A DNA stretch of 64,000 nucleotides from Dehalococcoidia bacterium (GTDB lineage Bacteria; Chloroflexota; Dehalococcoidia; UBA6926). Position 1 is the first letter of the stretch; each line of letters starts with the position of its first letter. Where the stretch lies: positions 88,413-152,412 of the forward strand of contig JBJKVP010000006.1 of assembly GCA_045562535.1 (NCBI GenBank). Direction: 5' to 3'. Made by a program: the position numbers and the translations under genes. Below are positions 9,418 to 17,252 of the stretch, in pieces. Under the pieces are notes generated by a model. It was not told the DNA's origin and did no database searches. It saw nothing but the letters and a program-made list of their open reading frames with translations.

Positions 9418-10677
9418 TTATTTCGGCATTTCTTGCGTTTGGGAAGTTAGCAGTATCACTTTAGGCAAAATTATTACTAAGACTGCTCCGATTGCACTTA
9501 ACACCCCAAATATCGCAAATCCCGGCGATAGATTATCATTGAAGAACGATGCTATCCATGTGAGCACTATAGGGGCTAACGAAAAAGCGAAGGAAGTCGC
9601 TGTCCATAATATTCCTTGGATTGCCCCGAAAGAGCGGCGCCCAAAGTACCCTGCTAATAGAGCCGGTTGTAACACTGTAATGGCACCAAACCCTGGTGCA
9701 AATGCGACTAAGAATATGATTAAAAGCCAGCCTAGATCCGGAGTCACAAAAGCAAAGATAATAATGCCCAACGCTTGTAGACTCAAAGCGAGAGTCGTTG
9801 CTTTACGTGGATCAATGGTATCTGCTAGCCATCCACCTCCAATGCGCCCTACTACTGTGATTATTGCCATAATCCCCACTGTGGATGCAGCAACAGATCT
9901 CGTAAATCCTACTGATTCCATAAAAGGGGACTGATAGATTTGTAGAGAGCCTATTGGCCAAAACGCCAACGAGAAAATACCAGCAATTGCCCAGAAAGTT
10001 TTTGATTTCATAGCTTGCAAGAAAAACAACCCCTCAACCTCTTCTTCAGTATCGGTTTTTCCTTGTATCCCGTCTTCGAACATACCGTAATCTTCAGGAC
10101 GACGCCTTAATATCATTGTTAGAGGTAAAATTATGATCCAAATAGCTATGGCCATTAATAGAAACGTGCTTCGCCATCCAAATTGGTTTATTAATATTAG
10201 AGATGGAGTTGTAAGTAACCCTCCTAACCCCAAACCTGCAGTGGTGATTCCTATAGCTCTTCCGCGAAATACGTTAAACCAGTTTGCTACGGAAGGGATG
10301 GCTCCACCCCATATAACGATAGGGCCTATACCTGCTAACGAAAGACCCAAGTAGAAGTGCCATATTTCTTGCATAAAACCCATGAGAGCAAATCCAAGTC
10401 CGCCGCAAATCATGCCAACGCCGACCACAAGTTTAGGTCCTCGTTTATCAAAAATATTTCCTGAAATTGGAGCAAGGATTGCTCCTACTATTCCAGCGAT
10501 AAGGAATGCTGGTCCGATATGATTTTCAATGGAGGCGATTTCGGCTTGCATGGGGGTAACAAATAATGTGAATGCCCAAAAGTAGAATCCGCTGTAGATG
10601 AAAGACATAACGAAAGCAGCTGCAACAATCCACCAACCATAAAATAAGCCAGTTTGGTTTTTCGCTCTATTTATCAA
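9418..10677 (-). CDS. MFS transporter (monocarboxylate/oxalate-formate-antiporter-like)
   Basis: 419 aa, 12 TM, N-terminus LFYGWWIVAAAF and motif GNIFDKRGPK. Paralogue of the next gene. Confidence 0.8.
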   Translation of the reverse strand: MINRAKNQTGLFYGWWIVAAAFVMSFIYSGFYFWAFTLFVTPMQAEIASIENHIGPAFLIAGIVGAILAPISGNIFDKRGPKLVVGVGMICGGLGFALMGFMQEIWHFYLGLSLAGIGPIVIWGGAIPSVANWFNVFRGRAIGITTAGLGLGGLLTTPSLILINQFGWRSTFLLMAIAIWIIILPLTMILRRRPEDYGMFEDGIQGKTDTEEEVEGLFFLQAMKSKTFWAIAGIFSLAFWPIGSLQIYQSPFMESVGFTRSVAASTVGIMAIITVVGRIGGGWLADTIDPRKATTLALSLQALGIIIFAFVTPDLGWLLIIFLVAFAPGFGAITVLQPALLAGYFGRRSFGAIQGILWTATSFAFSLAPIVLTWIASFFNDNLSPGFAIFGVLSAIGAVLVIILPKVILLTSQTQEMPK

Positions 10678-10718
10678 AATTTCATACCTCTCTTACTGTT
10701 GGATATAGGTTAATTAGG

Positions 10719-12020
10719 CTATTTACTTGTCAATATAGGTTGTGGTCTTTTGATTAGCATCGTGATTGGAGCTGCTAATAAAGTTAGGGCCGCAAATCCG
10801 AAGAAAAGCGGACTGTAAGATCCCGTAAGATCGAATACGATACTAGCGATTAAAGGGCTAAATGCAAAGCCAGCTTCACTAGACATGGAAAATAGCCCTT
10901 GTAGTGTTCCAAAAGAATATCTTCCAAATAAATATCCTTGAAGTGCTAACCTTGTCACTATCGTTCCACCAAACCCAATACTCCAAAAACATAAAAACAA
11001 CACCAATATCCATGGTTTATCTGCAGATATCATTGCCAGTATTAAAATTGCGATTGATTGGAGAACAAAAGCGACACTCGCTATAAGTTTCTTATTAAAT
11101 TTATCTGCTAGAAATCCAAAAAGGATTCTCCCAATTACTGTGCTAAGCGGCATGGCAGGCAGTAGCAAGGCGGCTGCCTGTCTCGAATATCCTACGTCTT
11201 CGAGGTATGGGGCCCAGTGGACTTGGAGAGCTGCGATAGTAAGGAATGCCAAGCTAGATCCTATTGCCATAAGCCAAAAAGCTTGTGTTCTTATAGCTTG
11301 AGAAGGGCTTAAATTCAGCTCGCCTTCGTCGTCGTGTTCCATGTCTGCATTACCCACCTGTAAAGGAGGGCTGTCAGACCCATCTGGATATAAACCATAA
11401 TTCTCCGGCCTATGGCGAATGAAAAACATGGCAAACGGGATAAGTATCCAAGCTATGACTCCTACATACATGAAAGCGGTACGCCATCCTACTTCTTGTA
11501 CTAGCCAGAAAAAAGGAGGAGACATTATCCCTGAAAGAGCGAACCCTAGACTGTAGAGACCTAGTGCCCGACCTTGTTTTTTTACAAACCAGTTTGCCAC
11601 TGCCGGTCCACTAGAAGACCATATGCAGACGGAACCAAGATTAGCTAAAGTGAAAGCAGCATAAAATGTTGGCAGCGTTGTTACGTTTGAAACTAAAACC
11701 AAACCAGCTCCCATTGCCGTCAGACCTACTGCAATTATCGGGCGAGGACCAACTCTGTCAAAAATATTTCCTAAGAAAGGTGCAAGAATTCCAGCTAGTA
11801 TTCCAATTATTGGGAAAACGCCTGTTACAACGGTTCTGCTCCAACCTGTTTCTTCGGTTAAAGGTAATATAACAACGGTGAAACCGTAGAATAAGACCCC
11901 CCCTTGAAACAGATTCAGCAAAACTGCTGCTATCGCAACCCACCATCCAAAGAAAATTTTATTGTTCGTCGTGGGATTATTGCCAATCATACTTGGAGTG
12001 CCAGTTTTCTCTGGAGCCAT
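10719..12020 (-). CDS. MFS transporter (paralogue of 9418..10677)
   Basis: 433 aa, IFFGWWVAIAAV, GNIFDRVGPR, RHRPENYGLYPDG (compare RRRPEDYGMFEDG in the neighbour). Confidence 0.8.
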   Translation of the reverse strand: MAPEKTGTPSMIGNNPTTNNKIFFGWWVAIAAVLLNLFQGGVLFYGFTVVILPLTEETGWSRTVVTGVFPIIGILAGILAPFLGNIFDRVGPRPIIAVGLTAMGAGLVLVSNVTTLPTFYAAFTLANLGSVCIWSSSGPAVANWFVKKQGRALGLYSLGFALSGIMSPPFFWLVQEVGWRTAFMYVGVIAWILIPFAMFFIRHRPENYGLYPDGSDSPPLQVGNADMEHDDEGELNLSPSQAIRTQAFWLMAIGSSLAFLTIAALQVHWAPYLEDVGYSRQAAALLLPAMPLSTVIGRILFGFLADKFNKKLIASVAFVLQSIAILILAMISADKPWILVLFLCFWSIGFGGTIVTRLALQGYLFGRYSFGTLQGLFSMSSEAGFAFSPLIASIVFDLTGSYSPLFFGFAALTLLAAPITMLIKRPQPILTSK

Positions 12021-12078
12021 CTATGAGCCCAGGTAGAGACTAGAAATATGTTGATACATTTAATAATCTAACGTTCTA

Positions 12079-12180
12079 CTAATTTTTCTTATCCGAGCCA
12101 TCTTTGTTTGATGCCATAAGCAACAAACCGCCTAAAACGCTTAGGATGATCCAGATAAATATTTTTAACCCTCTTGCCAT
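12079..12180 (-). CDS. possible 33-aa single-TM peptide (MARGLKIFIWIILSVLGGLLLMASNKDGSDKKN)
   Basis: ATG preceded by GGAGAG at 4 nt, with a hydrophobic core. Not in the ORF track because it is under 60 aa. Speculative. Confidence 0.25.
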   Translation of the reverse strand: MARGLKIFIWIILSVLGGLLLMASNKDGSDKKN

Positions 12181-12213
12181 TAGGCTCTCCTGTTCCTCGT
12201 TTCGTTTTATTAT

Positions 12214-12495
12214 TTAAGATCCACCGGCGATCGCGGGGATAATGATTAATTCATCCCCTTCAGATAAAGTCGTTTCCAATCCATCTATATATTGTATGTC
12301 ATTATCGTTTAAGAAAATCGAGATAAATGGATGAACATCCCCTGATTCATCATCTAATATACGCTCTTTAAATCCTGGGTATTGTAAATCTAGTATATCA
12401 AGTGCTTGGGTAACCGTTCCTTCAGGAATTTCGAGAGTCTCTTTGCCATCAGTTACCCGCCGGAGCGCAGTCGGGACTTTCATTAATACAGCCAT
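12214..12495 (-). CDS. MoaD/ThiS-family sulfur-carrier protein, CysO-like; C-terminus ...PAIAGG-S
   Basis: 93 aa, beta-grasp-like. Similar along its length to the mycobacterial CysO pattern (..TLEIPEGTV..L...YPGFKERILD....HPFISIFLNDNDI......L.EGDELIIIPAIAGG) as recalled. Confidence 0.7.
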   Translation of the reverse strand: MAVLMKVPTALRRVTDGKETLEIPEGTVTQALDILDLQYPGFKERILDDESGDVHPFISIFLNDNDIQYIDGLETTLSEGDELIIIPAIAGGS

Positions 12496-12503
12496 GATTT
12501 TCT

Positions 12504-12911
12504 CTAATCAGATTTCTTCAGGTCCAAAGACGCTGAATTTATGCAATAGCGTAGCCCGGTAGGTTGAGGCCCATCAGGAAATACATGCCCTAGGTGCGCA
12601 CCGCAATTCTTACAACTGATTTCTGTACGTTCCATTCCGAAAGATGTATCGGTTTCGGTTTCTATTGATTCTGAATCAATAGGCTTCCAAAAACTTGGCC
12701 ATCCACTACCAGAATCATATTTGGTATCTGATTTAAAAAGAGGGATTTCACAACATATGCAGTTATATACTCCGTCAGTTTTGGAGTCCCAGTAAATTCC
12801 AGTAAAAGGGGGTTCGGTCGCTTTTAACCTGGTTACTTGATACTGTTCCGGTGTAAGATTGGATTGATAATAACTGTCATCTTTTTCTAGCATTAAAGCC
12901 TCGTTTCTCAT
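12504..12911 (-). CDS. msrB: peptide-methionine (R)-S-oxide reductase
   Basis: GWPSF, two CxxC zinc pairs ([17 protein letters not shown]), catalytic RYCINS. Confidence 0.9.
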   Translation of the reverse strand: MRNEALMLEKDDSYYQSNLTPEQYQVTRLKATEPPFTGIYWDSKTDGVYNCICCEIPLFKSDTKYDSGSGWPSFWKPIDSESIETETDTSFGMERTEISCKNCGAHLGHVFPDGPQPTGLRYCINSASLDLKKSD

Positions 12912-13056
12912 CCTACATTTATTGTGAAATGGTCTTCATCGGTAATAGGCGTTTACATAGAATACACTATATTTATGAAGCTCTACAAAAGTAATTCTAC
13001 AATATAATGGAATCCCATTCCATCGCTTGTAAAGCTGCCCTGTAAATAGAGAATCC

Positions 13057-14280
13057 TTAATAAATTTGTGGAAGTGGGGCCATCGATCTAATCCCTTGGA
13101 TCATTGATGTTCTTAGGAGGTAATCTCTTGTAAGGGCGTTATCTTTTGCCATTGCACGCATCTCGCCCTGTTTTTCCTCTCTTATTACGGGGTCTTTTTG
13201 CCGGATATTTTCTTCATTTTGAGCTGTCTGTGCTCGTATGAAATTTAAAGCTATTTTTCTTCTTTCTTCTGCGTAATGTTCCAGCAAGGGTTCATTAAGA
13301 GCATTTTTCCAGGACAAAGCTAATGCGTTACCTAGATAGAATGCGTCTTGAAGGCCTCCATTTAGCCCCATGCCTCCCAAGGGATTATTAACGTGAGCAG
13401 CATCTCCGGCAATGAAAACTCTTCCACTTCTGTAAGATGCTGCGACTCTCTGATGTACCCTGTATATATTTCGCCAAGTTATTGGATAAGGTACTTCTGT
13501 TTGATGTATTTTCTGATAGCGCTTTTGAGCAATTTCATCTAAAACAGCCGGATCTGGATCTGTATCAAAGATTGTTTCCTCTGGTTTAGTTGGGAATAAA
13601 ACACGCCAAAGGCCCGGCGATCGAAGTAGTACAAACCATTCTTCAGGATCGGAGACATAGTTTACATAAGCTAAATCTGGCATTATCTCTCTAAATTCGA
13701 AAGTAGTGAACGTAACTAAGTATCTTTCGGGATATGTCATGCCATCGAATGGAATGTTGACACTTGTTCTCACGGCACTTCGTGCTCCATCCGCCCCAAC
13801 AAGGTAGTCACAAATGACAGTATCTTCACCTTCAAGGTTGCGAAATTTTATTTCTACTTCGCCCTCTTTTGGATTTGCCGAGATCACTTCGTGGTTAAAA
13901 AGTATTTGGCAGTTGGGAAAAGATTTTAAACTGTCAAAAAGTAAAAGCACTAGAGCATATTGCTCGATTTGGAGTCTATATGGGAATGCGGTATCTTTTT
14001 TTAGGGCCTCCATATCGAATTCTGCAATTATTCCTTTTTCCTTATCACGAAGTTGGAATTTATCGGCTACTAACGCTTTTTTTGCTAGTTTCTCGGCTAT
14101 TCCTACTTCCCCAAGCATTTCTATTGTTGGAGGATGGAACGTCGAAGCTCTATATTCTTCGACTAAAGTAGGGGCGGATTCAAAAACAGTCACTGGCACA
14201 CCTTGTTGGGCAATTCGTAGTGCTGTCATTAGCCCGACAGCTCCGCCTCCTGCCACAACAATGCCTTCTATTTTACGCAT
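13057..14280 (-). CDS. FAD-dependent aromatic-ring/UbiH-type monooxygenase
   Basis: IVVAGGGAVGLMTALRIAQQG (GxGxxG), GADGARS, GDAAHVNNPLGGMGLNGGLQDA. Start moved to ATG 14280 (GGGGG upstream), which removes the overlap with the upstream gene. Confidence 0.8.
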   Translation of the reverse strand: MRKIEGIVVAGGGAVGLMTALRIAQQGVPVTVFESAPTLVEEYRASTFHPPTIEMLGEVGIAEKLAKKALVADKFQLRDKEKGIIAEFDMEALKKDTAFPYRLQIEQYALVLLLFDSLKSFPNCQILFNHEVISANPKEGEVEIKFRNLEGEDTVICDYLVGADGARSAVRTSVNIPFDGMTYPERYLVTFTTFEFREIMPDLAYVNYVSDPEEWFVLLRSPGLWRVLFPTKPEETIFDTDPDPAVLDEIAQKRYQKIHQTEVPYPITWRNIYRVHQRVAASYRSGRVFIAGDAAHVNNPLGGMGLNGGLQDAFYLGNALALSWKNALNEPLLEHYAEERRKIALNFIRAQTAQNEENIRQKDPVIREEKQGEMRAMAKDNALTRDYLLRTSMIQGIRSMAPLPQIY

Positions 14281-14302
14281 AACATGCCCCCAGTTGCTCT
14301 TT

Positions 14303-14698
14303 TTATTTTGATTGTTTTCTAGATTCCCAGTCCGCAAAGCATTCTTTCGCAACTTTGAATCCAGCGATGGCTCTTGGATGGCCTCCATATGGTGCGACTT
14401 GCATTATGGTTTCTATGATTTCCTCTTCTGTTATACCTTGAGTAAGAGCCCCTTTTATATGTAACCCTAGAGTGTACTCAATGCCTAAAGCTGCTAAAGT
14501 GCCTACGGTTACCAGCGTTCTTGTTTTAAGATCAAGCCCTGGGCGCGACCACAATTCTCCAAATACATACTCATCCGCATAACGAAAAAATGCTGGTGCG
14601 ACATCTTCAAATCCACTACGGATGCTTTCTGAGTATTCTCCGAATATTTCCTCTATTTTTTTTTGCCCACGCTCATATCTTTCGTCTGAAGTGGTCAT
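14303..14698 (-). CDS. carboxymuconolactone decarboxylase (CMD/AhpD-like) family protein
   Basis: 131 aa with FGELWSRPGLDLKTRTLVTVGTLAALG...EEEIIETIMQVAPYGGHPRA, typical of the PcaC-like CMD family. Confidence 0.8.
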   Translation of the reverse strand: MTTSDERYERGQKKIEEIFGEYSESIRSGFEDVAPAFFRYADEYVFGELWSRPGLDLKTRTLVTVGTLAALGIEYTLGLHIKGALTQGITEEEIIETIMQVAPYGGHPRAIAGFKVAKECFADWESRKQSK

Positions 14699-14752
14699 TA
14701 TTCCCTCCTATTTAAATATTACAATCAAATAATACAATTCTTTCAAATTATA

Positions 14753-15973
14753 TTATATGATAGCTCCTTCTTCTTTAAATTGGCCGATTTGTTCCCATGA
14801 GTAACCTGCTTGCAGGAGTTTTTCCTCAGTGTGTTGCCCGAGGATTGGCGCACCGGAGACTGGGTCGATGTCTTCCCCTGATATTTTAAATGGAACCTTG
14901 ATGATTTCTACTTCTTTTTCGTAGGAATTCTCAATAATAGAAGTATAATCGTTTGCTTTTATTTGCGGATCTATTATTGATTCATCAAGGGTTTGAACAG
15001 GTGCCCATATACAACCCTCTTCATCTAATTTAGCTCCCCATTCCGCTAATGATTTTGATAAGAATATTTCTGTAAGCTCTTGTATCAATTCAGTACTGTT
15101 TTTAGCTCTACCCATGGCAGTTGCGGAGCCAAACCGGGCACCCAAATTTTCTATACCAAGGGCATTACAAAAACCCGGCCAAAAACGGTCGGAATCAAAC
15201 ATGACTAATTGTATCCATTTGAGATCTTTTGTCCTATAAAAATTCGATAGTGGATTGTTAGTATGTTTCGGTGAGTGCTTTTTAACTGCCTTTTTATGCC
15301 TCATAGCTGCCGCGAAATCTAATCCAAGAACCCATAATCCTGAATGTAAAAGAGAGCACTCTATTTTCCTGCCTTTACCTGTTCGTTCTTTGTCTAATAA
15401 AGCCAAAGATATACTTGTGGTCAATGCTAGAGAAGTTACTTGATCTCCCATACCAGGCCTTTGTTGTGCAGGTGATTCTCCCTCGTTACCGATAGAACCC
15501 ATTATTCCTGACCTTGCCCAGAAAGCAGCATAATCAAATCCTAAACGATCTCTCTCTTCTCCTTTGGTTCCATAACCGGTTAGAGCCACATAGATTATTT
15601 GTGGATTTGCAGTCAAACAATCCTCGTAGGTTAGGTTGTATTTTGCCTGTCTTTCAGGAACCAGATTGGTTACTACTATATCTACGTCCTCAACTAATTT
15701 ACGAACTATTTCTTGTCCATAAGTGTTACCCAGATTTATACCAACGCTTTTTTTTCCTCTGTTCAGCTGTTCGAAAGATGTATTCTCATCGTCTGACTCA
15801 CTCGTTATGATCCCATCAGGCGTCACGTCTATGCTTCTCACAGGATCCCCAGTCTCTGGATGCTCAATCTTTGTAACCTCAGCACCAAGGTCCGCAAGAA
15901 TTGAACATGCTGATGGAGCAGCTACCCAGTTTGCGATTTCCAAAACTTTAATGCCTTTTAGCAGTTCTGACAT
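14753..15973 (-). CDS. family III CoA-transferase (CaiB/BaiF/Frc type)
   Basis: 406 aa with GIKVLEIANWVAAPSACSILADLGAEVTKIE. Catalytic-Asp region RPGMGDQVTS. Confidence 0.85.
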   Translation of the reverse strand: MSELLKGIKVLEIANWVAAPSACSILADLGAEVTKIEHPETGDPVRSIDVTPDGIITSESDDENTSFEQLNRGKKSVGINLGNTYGQEIVRKLVEDVDIVVTNLVPERQAKYNLTYEDCLTANPQIIYVALTGYGTKGEERDRLGFDYAAFWARSGIMGSIGNEGESPAQQRPGMGDQVTSLALTTSISLALLDKERTGKGRKIECSLLHSGLWVLGLDFAAAMRHKKAVKKHSPKHTNNPLSNFYRTKDLKWIQLVMFDSDRFWPGFCNALGIENLGARFGSATAMGRAKNSTELIQELTEIFLSKSLAEWGAKLDEEGCIWAPVQTLDESIIDPQIKANDYTSIIENSYEKEVEIIKVPFKISGEDIDPVSGAPILGQHTEEKLLQAGYSWEQIGQFKEEGAII

Positions 15974-16123
15974 ATAGCCCCCTATTTATTTATAACCCAT
16001 TCTGACACGCAAGTGTCCCATGCTTGAACCAAAAATCCTATTTTGGATAGTTTGTTCATAATAGCTCATCATTGTCATTATAATTAAAGAAACGATCACA
16101 CTAAAAGGGGTGTCGTATTTGAA

Positions 16124-17197
16124 ATGAAAGATAAGTTCGCTGGTACCTCCCAAGTATTCCCTGGGTATAACTTAATCATACCGAATGGTCCTATTCAAAG
16201 CATGGGTAGAAATGGGCTAGATAACAACGCTTATCTTATAGATATGCACGGTGAAGTTCGCCACAAATGGGAGGTTAGCTCAGGCCTAAAGTATGGAATG
16301 CTGCTACCTAATGGTAATTTATTGGCTAGAACCAGGGCTCCTAAACAGTTGTCAATGGGGATACCACCGCTTGCTGGGTCGAGTGCATCAATTATAGAAA
16401 TTGACTGGGATAGTAATCTTATATGGAACTACGAGCATAATTCACTGCACCATGATTTTTCCCGAATAAAAAATGGTAATACGATAGCCCTTTTATGGGA
16501 GCAAATTCCAGTTCATCTTGTATCAAATATAAAAGGCGGGGTACAGCCTGATAAAAAAAGCGAATTCATGTTTGGTGATGTCTTGAGAGAAATAGATTCT
16601 AAAGGCGAAATTGTTTGGGAATGGAGATCTTGGGAGCATTTAGATTTTGATAACCAGGTTATTTGTGAAATGGAAAAAAGAGATGAGTGGACACATGCAA
16701 ATTCGGTATTTGTAATGCCAGATAACAACATATTAGTGAGTCTCAGAAACACTAATACCATCATCATTATAGATAAGGTTACTGGAGATATAGTTTGGGA
16801 ATGGGGAAGCGATGTCTTGCAGCACCAACACGATGCTACTTTATTGGATGAAACAAAGATTTTGGTTCTTGATAATGCTACACATAAGAATCAAGGTGCC
16901 AGGGTTATGATTGTCGATATTTTGACCCGTAAGGTGATTTGGGAATACTCTGGACCAAAAGACCGACCATTTAAAGCACCTTACGCAGGATCAGTAGAAA
17001 GACTTCCAAATGGCAATTGGTTTATATGCCAAGGTTCCGAAGGTAAAATATTTGAAAGCGATGGATCGGGGAGCATATTATGGGAATATACTAACCCGTA
17101 TTTTATACCAAACCAGTCAGGACAGCTGAACAATGGGTTATTTAGAGTACATCGATACCCTGTAGACCATCCCATATTTCGAGATAAGAATTTGTAG
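16124..17197 (+). CDS. beta-propeller protein, arylsulfotransferase (ASST)-like (tentative)
   Basis: 357 aa, no signal peptide. Recurring blade motif hWE(W/Y) (LIWNYEH, IVWEWRSWEH, IVWEWGSD, VIWEYSG, ILWEYTNP). Family assignment is from memory of ASST-like repeats only. Confidence 0.4.
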   Translation: MKDKFAGTSQVFPGYNLIIPNGPIQSMGRNGLDNNAYLIDMHGEVRHKWEVSSGLKYGMLLPNGNLLARTRAPKQLSMGIPPLAGSSASIIEIDWDSNLIWNYEHNSLHHDFSRIKNGNTIALLWEQIPVHLVSNIKGGVQPDKKSEFMFGDVLREIDSKGEIVWEWRSWEHLDFDNQVICEMEKRDEWTHANSVFVMPDNNILVSLRNTNTIIIIDKVTGDIVWEWGSDVLQHQHDATLLDETKILVLDNATHKNQGARVMIVDILTRKVIWEYSGPKDRPFKAPYAGSVERLPNGNWFICQGSEGKIFESDGSGSILWEYTNPYFIPNQSGQLNNGLFRVHRYPVDHPIFRDKNL

Positions 17198-17252
17198 TAT
17201 CCCTGTCAACTTGTGGTTCGTTAAAGAAATCTTTTTTTCTGTAAAACCAGCG

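Noticed and set aside
13007-13023. Palindrome ATGGAAT-CCC-ATTCCAT as terminator of the monooxygenase operon
   Set aside because: The stem is perfect (7 bp), but the downstream tract on the transcribed strand (UAUAUUGUAG) is a poor U-run, which is too weak to call.
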